Shown here: piece after piece, positions 13,929-25,856 of the stretch | Layout of the letters: each line of letters starts with the position of its first letter | How positions within the stretch are numbered: the stretch's first letter is position 1 | Assembly (NCBI GenBank): GCA_964255285.1 | Contig: CAXUUL010000095.1 | Span: 1 to 33,163, forward strand | Length of the DNA: 33,163 nt | From: Ionaspis alba | Taxonomy: Eukaryota | Direction: 5' to 3' | The notes under the pieces: generated by a model | What the model was told of the DNA's origin: nothing | The model's input: only the letters and a program-made list of their open reading frames with translations | The model's database searches: none | Program-made: the position numbers and the translations under genes

Positions 13929-14163
13929 ATTTGACAGTTGTGGGTTTGCCCGGGTGGACCCTTTAATGTCGAAAACACAATGCTGTGTACGATCAGTCAT
14001 CCGGGCTCACCCTTTTGGGAAAGCTCTTGGAACAAGATAATGTAGGTACATGCTCCCGGTTTTCGTGTCTATCTATCCTTTGCACTCTCGAAACTTATTT
14101 TACCGGTTGCTTTCCCTACGGTGGTGGCGTCTATCAATATTGCGTGAAGCCTAAGACTTTATC

Positions 14164-16126
14164 ATGCTTCCTCTTTCATTGCTCATCCCGATTCTTCTCA
14201 GCTGTTATCTTGCCTACAAGCTTTTCTGCCTGCGCAGGAATGTGCATCTTGCAAAGGCTACTGGCCTTCCTTATACCTACAGTCCACATCTAGAGTTCGA
14301 AACGATCGCTTATATCACTACCCCGATCTTGCGTTACGTCTTTGCTCGACATCTGTTGAAAGGAAACGGATGGCCAAAATGGGCTCGGTTCATGATCAAA
14401 GATTGGCCCTACGAGGACAAGTTCCGGGCACATCAAGAGTTTGGTGAAGTGTTCCTGGTGGCAGCACCAAATGGGTTGATATGCTATAGTGCAGATTCAA
14501 CCATGGCCATGGATGTCTGTACAAGACGGAAGGAGTTCACGAAGCCTAGGGTAAGTTCTGCCTGTCGTTCTTTTTCTCGGAGAGAAGTTAATCAACAATG
14601 CAGGACAAATATCGTGTGTTCTGACCTTCATTGACCCATGAGAGAAGAGAGGCTGATGTTCAAACACAGAAATGATCGAACCTTTCGGACCCAATGTTGT
14701 CACAAGCGAAGGAGATCTCTGGCGATTTCACGTCCGCGTTACTGCTCCGCCTTTTGGAGAATCGAACAATCACTTAGTCTGGAATGAAACTTTCCGACAA
14801 CTTGAGTTTCTCACGTCGTCCTGGTCGAAAAGTGGATCTGGTGATCTCAAGAACGATATCTACCTACTCACCCTTAACATCATCGTGGCTGCAGGCTTCG
14901 GTCAGCAACTAGATTGGACGGAAGACAGTAAAACGATTCCGAAAGGACACAACATGGGCTTTCTCGCGTCCGTTACAGGCACCGTCACTTATATTGTCCA
15001 TATCCTACTAATGCCCAAATGGTTGCTGAGGCGTTCGCCGTGGAAAAAGGGCTATGAATCGCACGCCGAGTTCGAAAAGTATATGAGGGAACTAATCACT
15101 GCAGATAAGGAAAAGGTCTCACGAGATGTCGAATATGAAGGCGGTCAGAAGGGGAATCTTCTGACTGCTGTGCTCAAAGCGTCCGCGGAAGAAGCGAAGA
15201 AGAATGGGCAGGCGAAGTCGAGGAAGACCTCTTTCGATGATGATGAAGTCCTGGGGAATGCTTTCATGTTCCTATTAGCCGGTAGGTCACCTTCAATATT
15301 GCGCAGATTTTCCAATTGAGACGGTGTTTTTAGGATACGATACAACTGCGAATTCAATTATTTACGGTGCCATAACTTTGGCTCTCTACGACAAGATACA
15401 AGATCAGATGGTAGAAGAGGTCGATCGTATCTACAAAGAGGCAGAGCAAGAAGGACGAACCGAGCTTGACTACGTGGAAGATTACCCCAAGTTTCGATAT
15501 GTGGTTGCATTTATGGTGTGTGCGCTCTTGACTTTTGACTTGTGGCCCAGTGTGCTGACTAGATGTCGTAGTACGAGATCCTGCGAGTCTTCCCCATCGT
15601 TGTACACATGACAAAGATGGTCCTCCAAGAGCAACGCATCGTGACACAGCACGACACGGTAAGCAACAACAACAATGCTTCGGGCAATCTCCTTCCCAAG
15701 GACTGTCGAGTCTACCTAAGCAGTACGGGCACCCACTACAACGAGCGCCACTGGAAGCACCCCCACGTGATCGAGCCCTCCCGTTGGATGAGCGAGTCCC
15801 CCAATCTTTGGGATCCCACCCTTCCCGCGACCCAAAATCCCCCGATTCTCGACTCGGCTGCGCGCATCCCGTCTCACACGAAAGGCACCTTCCTCACATT
15901 CTCCGAAGGTGCGCGAGCGTGCCTGGGCCGCAAATTTGCCCTGGTGGAATATGTGGCGTTCTTTGCGGGCATCCTCCGTAAGTACAGGTTTCAGCTGGGG
16001 GCGAATGAGGACCCGGCGAAGGTGGAGCGTGTCTTGAGGCTCCGGTGTGCAGGCGCAATCACTTTGGCTCCGGCGGAAGATGTGAAGCTATTTCTGGTGC
16101 CTCGTAGCAGGCCATCTTGTTCATAG
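14164..16126 (+). CDS. Cytochrome P450 with a 10-nt micro-exon (14604-14613)
   Basis: Signal anchor MLPLSLLIPILLSCYLAY, KPR|DKYQ|MIEPFGPNVVTSEGDLW, I-helix FLLAGYDTTA, EILR, EPSRW, heme motif FSEGARACLG. Stop at 16126. Confidence 0.92.
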
Positions 16127-16836
16127 GAGTTCTCTGAGATAAGACTCAAATGACCACTTTCACTCGAACTTAGGGCCATGGGATAATAAATAATAAGCGA
16201 GACTAGACTATCCCAGCCTGCCAAGAACTCAATGCCAAACCATCGGGCAATATCGATATGTGATCCCGCTCAGCATGTTCAGTAATCCTCTGCCGATGGT
16301 TGACCTGAACGGTGATGCCGGGCATCAACCTCAAGCAGCCTGTTTCCGCATCTCAAAAGGGGAATGACGCGGGGAGCGGCATGAGCCTAAACAGGAAAAG
16401 CCGCATCGCAGGCGATCGTCTCCGGTCCCTGCATTCCTTAGTGGGGCCAGCCGCATGGCAGGGCAGCACGAGGCAAGGGGTGATGCAGGGACGATGATGA
16501 GGCAACGCGCGTGGGGGGATGTTAGGCGGGATGTCGGGTAGGGATTCCGCCCGGAACGACAGCTTGTAGACATGATCGTCAGGAAATATGGGGATTTCAC
16601 AGATATGTCAGCAGCAAGTTTGTGCAACCTTCTGTCAGGAGAAGGCTCATGCCCATCCTATTATGGCAATCACTTCAGACCCTGGATTCGTCATCAGACA
16701 AGGTGTACCTCTTCCACGTCTCTTTCCAACTTAAGACTTTCACTGCCCTCTGACTCTAAGATTGTGCATCTGCCGAATAACAGCACATTCTTCTACGAAC
16801 AATCCGATACCGTCTTCATCAAACAAATAGCCTACA

Positions 16837-18013
16837 ATGTCCTCCCTCACTAGTACTACTACCGGTGGAGAAGTTGTCAAGTATTTCTCTTCCGAGATCA
16901 AGGGCAAGACATGTACGCCTCTACCCTCTACTAACTAACCCGACTGAGTTCTTTCCACTAATTCACCAAAACCAGTCGTCATAACAGGTACCTCAGAAGG
17001 TGGACTCGGAGCCCAGACTGCACTCTCCCTCGCCCATGCTCAACCTGCCGAAATCCTCCTCCTAGGTCGCACTGAGTCCAAAGTTCAGCCCGTGATCTCC
17101 CAACTCGCCGAGATCAGCCCCTCCATCAAGACATGCTTTATTCCCATTGATCTCGCAGACCTGTCGTCAGTTCGCGCCGCGGCCAAATCGATCAACAGCA
17201 AAGTCTCCAAGATCGATGTTTTGATCAATAATGCGGGCATTATGGCCGTCAAAGAGTACACCAAGACCAAGGACGGCTTCGAAAGCCAGTTCGGGGCTAA
17301 TCATATTGGGCACTTTCTATTGACCAATCTCTTGGTCGAGAAGATTGCCAATGGCGGCCGGATCATCAATCTTACCAGCATGGGATACGAGTCCGAGGAG
17401 ATACGTTTTGACGATTACAACTTCCAGGTAAGTTAGAGATTCCCTCTCAGAGAATCACCACCGTGGAGCTTTGGTCTGACAAAAGGACTCGCAGGACGGC
17501 AAAACCTACAACCCTTGGCTTGCGTATGGACAGTCCAAAACCGCCAACATCCTCTTTGGCGTGGCTCTGACCAAGAAGCTCAAGAGCAAATCCATCAGCG
17601 CTTTTGCTGTGCACCCAGGTCGTAAGTTGGAATCCGCATACCCTCCTGATCCTCTTTCCGCATGGCCCGCGCGGTCCAAACACAATACTAACCGTCCATC
17701 GGCTACAGTCATTCTCGGCACCAACCTCCTCGCAAACGTGACCCCAGACATGTTCGCCGACGGGTTCAAAGTTGCGACGGAGAAAAACGACGGGAAACCG
17801 GTCGAGATGGAAGCAGGCAAGACGCTCGAAGCAGGCTGTTCCACCACCTTGGTTGCCGCTTTGGACCCTGCGATCGTGGACAAGTCCGGCGGTCTGCTGA
17901 CTGATTGCGGCATCACGAAGAAGCCGGTCAAGGCATATGCGCAGGATCCGGAGAAGGCGGATAGGTTGTGGGAACTTAGCGAGAAGTTGGTTGGGCAGAC
18001 CTTTAACTACTAA
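16837..18013 (+). CDS. Short-chain dehydrogenase/reductase (retinol-DH/WWOX-like, Prx1-like), 4 exons
   Basis: MSSLTSTTTGGEVVKYFSSEIKGKT start, ITGTSEGGLG, LINNAGIMA, FGANHIGHFLLT, YGQSK, HPG, ADRLWELSEKLVGQTFNY*. Confidence 0.9.
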
Positions 18014-18749
18014 GGAATTGGTCCGAGTTAGGTGGCGCCGAGAGTGATTGGCGAGCAGTGAGAATCTCTGATCAACTACATAGTACTCGTCACAGTTGGT
18101 GCTGTGTTTGTGACTGCTGTAAGCGAGAAAATATATCACGTGATTCCTTCTTGCCTTACTTCTTGCCTAACACGCTGAAGATCTACAATCACACACACTG
18201 GATTTTAAGGGGGTGGACACTTGGATGATCATCCTATGAACCACCAAGAGGCCACCACACTAGGCTTGGTTGTCAGTTCCCAAAAAAAAAACCCCCAATT
18301 CCGTCAACGCGGTTGGCAAGTGGCTATCTTGCAAGCAGTGTACCTGGATGGTGGTGGTACGCCAGAAACTAACCACTAGTTGACTAGGAAAGCAATCAGT
18401 CTATTTGACCTTGATCATATCATATGCCAAACTCGTGAACAACTGCCAATCTTTTCATTAGTACGAGATGAGAAATACACAATGCTTTCTTTTTCTCATC
18501 ATAATGTGAGGAGTCTACACAGTCTGAAGTCTTTTTCTATATTTCCCTAGAACGTCGTATCACCACTAACCTATCCTTCGTCACCTGTAGCACATCCAGC
18601 CGCCTCTTCGCATATACCAAAGAAACCCACCATATTTTCCACCTCCGCAATAGTCCCAGGAAGGAGCTGCCTCTACCACCTCAACTTCACAGTCAATACT
18701 ATCCTCCCCACACTGCCTCCAAAACGCTACAGATCCATCCGAGTCTGAC

Positions 18750-20625
18750 TCATTTCCTTCGTTTAAAACACACCTTAGCCTCATGGTCCGGCAGATACTG
18801 CGTCTCAAACAAGCGGCTAGCCGGTCTCTCCTTCGTTCCGTCCGGGAACTTCATATCATACTGCGTCAAAAGATGGACCATGATAGCCTTGATCTCATTT
18901 GCGGCAAAGAAGCGACCCGGACAAGCGTGGCGGCCGTATCCAAAGGACATGCTCGCCGGATTGGAGGACGAGTACTGCGCTTTCCCCGCTGCGGCAGTTT
19001 GCTCAGGGGACGGCTTGGCGGAGGTGGGCGAGGTCCGGCCGTCGCGGATCTTGGCAAAGCGGAACCCTTGGAATGTGTCGGGGGAGGGATAGAGGCTTGG
19101 ATCCATGGAGATGGCTTGGGTTGGTATGCCGATGGTCGTGTTGGCGGGGATGACGAAGCCGTCGCTAAGCTTGTAATCGCAAGTGACGACGCGCTCGAAG
19201 GTAACTATTAATTAGTGAAAGGTGTCAGTGGGTCGATCCTGGAGGTATTGCTCGGATGAAAATGCTCCCTTGGAGGGGGGAGGGATGTTATACTTAGTAG
19301 TAAGGGATTGAAGCGCTGGCTCTCTTTCATAATGCTGTCCAGCTTCGTCAACTTCACAAACGCAGACTTCTGTACCTGCTCATCCTTGCCCATCACCGAC
19401 GCGATTTCTTCCCGCAGCGGCGCAATGTATTCAGGCCGAGCGCAGAGGTCGAAAATCAATTGACTCGGCGCCGCCGCGCTGGTGTGGATTGCTGCAAAGC
19501 TGACTTTCAACAAGATGCCAGCAATGAATTTCTTGTCCTGTTCGGACCCTTTGGCATGATCGCTCATCCAGGAAAGTAGGTCTAACGCTTTCTCTCCGTC
19601 CCGTTCCCGCTGTTCGAGCAGAGGGATTGCGGCTTTTTCGGCAGCCGCATAGTGCTTTTTGATGTTCCGGATTGCGGGGATGAAGTGCTTCGCGACTGGC
19701 CGAAGAATGTGGGGATACTGCTTGATAGTCTGAGCCCCGATGAAGCCGTCAATGGCAAAAGCGATGGACGCATCCACCCATTCTTGATTGCGGCTGAGCA
19801 CTGTTCCGCCGAACATGCGGCTAGATACGCGGGCCACAATTTGCGTCAGAACGTGTACAACGTTGATCTCTGTCCAATCGTCGCAGGGAGGGAAGGTGGC
19901 TGCGAAAGCATCACGGATTTCTTCTTGGACGGCGGGCATTACGTCAAGGAGGTGCTGGTTTAGCTGAGCCTTGACAACACGCGGATGCAGAGTAGATCTG
20001 CTTCCCATCGTAGTGTATTTGCCCTCGAACATCTGCGCCGCATTAGATTCGACTAGACCTCCGCTTTGAGGACCTGAGTGGGACAGACCTCGATGAAAGT
20101 GGCAACAAAATCCACCTTGTCGATCGGTGCTGATTTGAGATCTTCGAGATATTTGACAGGAAGCATCAGGCGCTCTCCCAGGCGACTGGGCACGTAGAAC
20201 GGAGTTCCACCATTCTATTTGAAACACTCAGCCACGGAAGATAGATGGAGGTCAAAGAACTGAATCATTGCCTTCTGATATCCTTCCAAGAGCATGTCCT
20301 TTCCATCATGAACAAACCTCTTTCGGTTCTTCAAGACATTTGCTTCATCATCGCCACCAACAACAGGAATACCAGGAACAAGCCGCTGCCTTTTCTTAGG
20401 CGTCCCAAAGAGGACAAACAAAATAAGAACGAACGAGAAAGCCAGGACGATTTTTCCTCGGCCACGAGAAAGTTCTTCTCCATATTCAAAAAGCTTCAAC
20501 AACGTCGGAGGTCTCACGGTCAAAATCTTCGATGAACCGTCTTCCAATATGCTGCCTTTGGCGGTAAGGCTGGCAACAGCGAGAAGGATGAGCGGAATAC
20601 GAGCCACTCCGAGATGGTACTCCAT
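18750..20625 (-). CDS. Cytochrome P450 (ent-kaurene oxidase-like, CYP503/CYP512/CYP68 clan); needs a GC-AG intron at 20271-20215
   Basis: Hydrophobic N-terminus, IPVVGG, IVARVSSRMFGG, I-helix FAAIHTS, DSIMKESQR, FQGFRF, heme motif FGYGRHACPGRFFA. Ends FKRRK*. Confidence 0.92.
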
Positions 20626-20775
20626 GGTAAGGTTATAGTGTGATACCAAAGTGGTCGGAATTGGATTCGGTGCATTTTGCCCTGACCGTGCGAGTAAATG
20701 TATATATGTATATTGCCCGGTCTTGTGTGCTGCGGAACTTCTTGTTCAAGTAAAGCCCTGCAGTAATGGTTGACA

Positions 20776-20787
20776 CGGAGTGTTCCG
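20776..20787. promoter_or_regulatory. Candidate Zn2Cys6 site CGGAGTGTTCCG (CGG-N6-CCG), overlapping the palindrome TGTTCCGGAACA
   Basis: About 150 bp upstream of the P450 ATG at 20625. An 11/12 match occurs in reverse orientation at 22655-22666. Confidence 0.3.
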
Positions 20788-21363
20788 GAACATGTGCAAA
20801 AGCCCCAGATTGGTAATCGTATCGAACAGTAACGCAATTCAGCATACGTCGATTTCGTATTCGAAATGTTCGAACATAAAGTGGATCAAATATTCCTGCT
20901 GCGAGGTAGCTGAGGAGTTCGTGCGCTCTACATCTGGTATGGTTAATTTCGAAACCGGAGTAATTTTTGATTGCGGAGCAGTTTGGTATGATTAGCATAC
21001 TCGTATTATATCTTTAAAAACGAATGTTGTCCCACCGGAGCAAACTTTCATCTCGGAGCCAATAGAAATGACCGGCTCCATCGCAACTGACGTCGAATTG
21101 TATTGGTGCTGGTGCAAATTATTGGGCATGGCGGCCGCTCTCCACCACCGCTCGTGATACCCGGTTTCCAGCATGCACGAGGGTGGCGCACTGTGAGCTA
21201 CTTGCTACGACTACATGCATTTCATGAGATTAGACGACGTCAAGGGAATCTCGTCCACATTATGGAGAAAGATTCGTATTCGTCGTTCGTAACTCTATTG
21301 CCCAATCTCATCTATGGTCCTTGCTTCTTCCGAAAGCACACACACCCTTAGACATCCCCGACC

Positions 21364-22509
21364 TCAAACCCCAGTCGCACTGTTGTAGCGGGGAGTAGTC
21401 TGGCTCCATCGCTCGTTCCCGCTCATCTGATATTTTAAGCCTTCCATGTACTGCGCAGTAGCAACGCTACAGCCCTCCTCACTCGCCATGCGTGCGGCGC
21501 AGAGCTCGTCGTGCACGAGCTCCCACTCGCGGATCATATTCCAAAGTACTCGTTTGGTGGCTGCCACGTTGAGATTGGTTTCGTCCCCTAGGACCTGGAC
21601 CGCCGAGCAGAGCGCCGCTCCCTCACTATGGCCCATTTGGGAAGCGAGGAGTTCTTTTTCCCAGCTGTAAACGTCGTTGACGACGGAGATGTGCTTGCTA
21701 CAGTTCTCTTCGATGGCTCTCGTGCTCGCTAGTTCCGCCGTGCTGAGATTGAGACCCATGCTGAAGCGCATCAGCGCCGAGAGCAAGGCTTTGCCCACAT
21801 CTTTTTCGCGGTAGGTAAGATACTCGCCCAGCGCGCCGATTGTCAGCCGCGAACGGTCAGTCTGCGCACGCATGAAGGTAAAGGTGGGCTCCAGGACCTC
21901 GTCCGCAAGTGCTTTGTCGTGTGCTCGCATGGATTCCCAGAGATCATAAATTATGTATTCCGCTGGGACCGAGCGATCTGGGAGCATGTGGCCGCGAGAA
22001 ATGGGTATGAGACGTTCATTGTAGGCTTCACCTTCGGTGAATGACATGTCTTCCAGCACATCTGAAGTCATACATTATTAGCATTATGAGCTTTTTTGGA
22101 TTGGAAATAGAAGAAGCGAACCATCAATGAGAAAAAGGACTGTGAGAAGCCTGCAGGCAAAATGGATACGGTCACCCTGTGCCTTGGGAAAGTAATAGCA
22201 GGTCACTTTGGAGAATCCAGCGGCGAGAAACTTCTTCCTAGCGTTACCATTGGGGAATGGCCAATGATCAAGGAAGTAACTGTCGACTTCTCTGGAGATT
22301 TCCTGCTCAAGAGGATGGCAGAGCGGTTGCCAACGGGATTGAGGAAGACTCCATTTCACTGGAGCTGAAAAGGTTGGAACTGTTCCAAACCCGTGAACTG
22401 ATTCTTTGGTCAACTCAGTACGTCATTGCCCGATAAATGTAGCGCTATTACCTGGCTTTGATGAAAGGTGAAAGCTGCTCGGAAGGCTTGATTCAACGAC
22501 GGCAGCCAT
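21364..22509 (-). CDS. ari1: Aristolochene synthase-like sesquiterpene cyclase (Ari1/Prx2 family), 3 exons
   Basis: LCHP...EVDSYFLDHWPFP, KVTCYYFP, RIHFACRLLTVLFLID|DVLE (Asp-rich motif split by intron 22121-22062), GEAYNERLIPISRG, YDLWESMRAHD, FMRAQTD, YREKDVGKALLSALMRFSMGL, NSE motif NDVYSWEKE, YQMSGNERWSQTTPRY. These segments closely match Penicillium roqueforti aristolochene synthase as I recall it. Confidence 0.93.
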
Positions 22510-22654
22510 GGCTTCGATGTGAAACAAATATAACAACAGAGTAGATCTTATTTGGAAGACCTCGTTAGTAATTAAGTTGGCTCTTTGATCCACCGATGAC
22601 TGATAAAGATGAATAAAAGTGGTCGAGGAAGCAAGCTAATAACGCCATTCAAAG

Positions 22655-22666
22655 CGGAACACTCCA
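22655..22666. promoter_or_regulatory. Candidate Zn2Cys6 site CGGAACACTCCA (reverse complement TGGAGTGTTCCG)
   Basis: About 146 bp upstream of the cyclase ATG. Near-identical to 20776-20787. Confidence 0.3.
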
Positions 22667-22702
22667 GTACGGGATCCATCACGACGGACAGGCTCCCAAA
22701 CC

Positions 22703-22912
22703 CTAGGCCCGGATATCTGTGACTGCTAGATTTGGCGGCACATGATGTACGGCTCGANNNNNNNNNNNNNNNNNNNNNNNNNNNNNNNNNNNNNNNNNNN
22801 NNNNNNNNNNNNNNNNNNNNNNNNNNNNNNNNNNNNNNNNNNNNNNNNNNNNNNNNNCTAGGCCCGGATATCTGTGACTGCTAGATTTGGCGGCACATGA
22901 TGTACGGCTCGA
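22703..22912. repeat. 55-bp direct duplication flanking a 100-N scaffold gap (assembly artefact)
   Basis: 22703-22757 is identical to 22858-22912; Ns at 22758-22857. Confidence 0.9.
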
Positions 22913-23668
22913 ATAGAGGAACCTCCAGAAGTGGCTCCGGTGGACGGTAAGAATTACCATAGCCTTCGATGTGAATCAGTGACGCCATTCTCCCGTGTAC
23001 GCCGCCCATGTCATGAATACCGTCAGCCATAGCCTGCGGGTCTCAGAAGGCCAATCCTATCGATCACCGGCACATGTGAGAAACACTGGCAAAATCCCAT
23101 AGCCGGAGACGAGAACCAGTATTATAATTAGGGCGTTATGACACGAAGGAAGCGGAGCAGCACCTACATCCAGCATGGATGTGTGGTCTGGAAGAGTGGT
23201 AAGATGACTCTGTGGTAGCATCCGAAAAAAATCTCGATGATGATCTGTCATCCGTCGCGTAGAGCGATGATTATCAAAACCGAAAATTACAGCGGCTATC
23301 TCCCCTTCCGGCATGTCCGGATCTCGGCCGCTCGGTTAGGGCTCGTAATATTACGACTATGTTCTTTAGGGTTTCCGGCATGCTTCATCGCTGCCTCGAC
23401 ACGTGTAGGTACCAATCCCTGATCCACCCCTGCTGATCGGAGAATTATGAGCAGAGGAGGTATTTCCGCCGATGAGCCAGCCATCTCTAGATACTAAGCT
23501 CAGGCAAAAAAGCCCCCAAAGACGGCAGAGAGCATAGTGGAATTATACAAAAGGGAAGTCTTATAAGACCATGAGACCACCGTCCAGTTATTTCTTTCCT
23601 CTCATTTCAGCTGTTTTCCTGCTGCGTATATTTCTCTCTTGATCAAACAATTTGTTTTTCTTGTCACC

Positions 23669-25375
23669 ATGTTCAATACACTGTCGTTGTTGTACATATC
23701 CTCGGCAGCTGTATGGATCGCTTGTGCCTCCCCACTCACTCAGATGCAGACGCGGACGATCCAGGGCTGCAGCAAACTTGCGTCAACCTATCCCAAGCTG
23801 ACCTTTCAAGCAGATTCACCGGTTTACACCAATGAATCCACTCGTATGCGCACTCTGCGTCTTCCTGCAATCATGCTTCCTTGCTAACGAGTCCCTGCGT
23901 TCAGGTTTTTGGTCCGAGACTGCCCTTTTGACTCCATCATGCGTCTTTACCCCATACTCCGCCGAAGATGTTGCCGGTGCTGTTAAGATCCTAGTCGCGA
24001 CGGGCACCCAATTCGCCGTCCGAAGTGGTGGGCATATGCCAATCGCGGGCGCTGCATCCATCGACAAGGGTGTTTTGATTGGTATGACCAATCTCAACAC
24101 ACTCAGTCTCGTGGACGATAAGAAGGTTGCCCAGATTGGCCCTGGCCAAACCTGGGGAGTAGTATATGATTGGATTTCAGCATATGGTCTGGGGGTCGTG
24201 GGTGGGCGATATGGACCTGTTGGCGTTTCCGGTTTGCTCTTGGGTGGTGGTATCAATTTCTTTGGCTCACGTAGGGGATGGTCGATGAACAGCGTGGTCA
24301 ACTACCAAGTTGTTCTGGCAAATCATTCCATTGTGAATGTAAATGCTACGTCATTGCCTGATCTCTTCTGGGCAATCAAGGGAGGGGCCAATAACTTCGG
24401 CATTGTCACTCGTTTCGACTGCCAAACTTTCCCGGTCACTAACGTTTACGGTGGGCTCGTCGCCTATGACACTCCTTCTATGCCAAAATATGTTGAAGCG
24501 ATCGCAAACTTCGTTGCTCCAGGCGGCGGGTCTGAGGATCCGGATGCCGCCATTATTCCCTCAATCGCGATCACTCCCGCCACAAAATCTGTAACTGGGC
24601 TGGCAGTTGTCTTCCATCATGGTGCAGATCCAAATCCAAAGAGTTTGCAGGACTTTACAAGCATTCCTGCAGTCAGCGGCAAGCTCGAAGAACTGTCGAG
24701 CTTCTCCTCTTTTACCGATGAGACCAATATTGCCGCTTTCGGTAACCGCAGCTCTCGGTATAGTTTCCCCATCGGAAAGAAACATTGAATTACATGTTTT
24801 AACCATATTTACTAGGGAACTGTTCTGGGTGACTTCCGTCAAATCCAACCCGCAGTCGATAAAGCTACTCAACGACACCTTGGTTTCTATGGCATTGTCG
24901 GGCGAGCTGAGTCACGTTCCCGGCCTATCATTGGGAATGTCGATCCAACCCGTTACCACAGCCTGGCTCACAGCGGCAAAGAAATCGGGAGGTGATGCCA
25001 TTGACTTAGACCCTGCAAATGGCCCTTTCCTCTCTGCTCTAATTTATTCGCAGTGGGATAATGTCGCAGATGATGAAATGGTCGTCAATTTCTCCAAGAA
25101 AACTACCGCTGCTATAGACACGAAGTCTAAAGCTGCAGGTCTTTTCTATCCGTTCATCTACCTGAACGATGCCGGTGGAACTGGGGGTTACGAAAATGTG
25201 TTCCAATACTACGGTGGTGGAAAGAGTTTACCAAAGATGAGGAAAATCGCCCAAAAATATGGTAGGTGCTCGTGATGCTCAATACCGGATCTCAGGAACT
25301 GATATTCAAGCAGATCCGAACGCCGTTTTTCAGAATCTGCTGCCTGGAGGCTTTAAGATTGGGTTGGGTCACTAA
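23669..25375 (+). CDS. Secreted-type FAD-linked oxidase (VAO/berberine-bridge-like, Prx3-like), 4 exons
   Basis: Signal peptide MFNTLSLLYISSAAVWIACA, PSCVFTP, FAVRSGGH (covalent-FAD His), VGVSGLLLGGG, DLFWAIKGGANNFGIVTRF, YLNDA, KYDPNAVFQNLLPGGFKI. Stop TAA at 25373-25375. Confidence 0.92.
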
Positions 25376-25856
25376 CCTGTCAAAACCTTCTCCTACTCAG
25401 CTTTCCACCTTTCTTGGTGATTGGTGCAGGGCCCACATTCATTTCCAATTTCTTACCGACTTCTTGAATGCATATCTTATAGACTTTTTTTTTATACACA
25501 TGCGTTGCTCAGGCACAAGTTTAGTTTCACCATAGATTATTGATAAATCGCCACACCTTGTCATAAGCTTTCTCCTCAAAAGATTGACCTTGACGTTTGA
25601 ATCTAGTGATGCCTGAAACCCTTGAATTCCTCTCTAATTTGGGAGACTCCGAGACCAAATGGAGTAATCTCCGGCTCCGTCCCATCTCTGTACGTTCGAA
25701 ACCAGACGCGCATATTTCTATATGCAAGGCCAATCTTCAATCTCTTTGTGCTACACTTCCCATAGTCTCTTGCTTTTTCGAGTCCGCTATCCTCACGTGG
25801 ACAAACACATACAACACCGCACCCTATCCATATTTCCATCCGCTGTATTCAACGAA

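Noticed and set aside
17447..18139. 230-aa antisense ORF
   Set aside because: Overlaps the SDR on the opposite strand and has no recognisable domain.
22703..22912. Direct repeats around unknown sequence, resembling a target-site duplication or LTRs
   Set aside because: Exactly 55 bp flanking exactly 100 Ns, and the same pattern recurs at 27310-27519: an assembler overlap artefact.
22956..22975. Near-copy of the cyclase start context (TTCACATCGAAG..ATGG) about 450 bp upstream, opening a short ORF
   Set aside because: Only a 12-bp exact match, and the ORF shows no similarity to the cyclase; compatible with chance.
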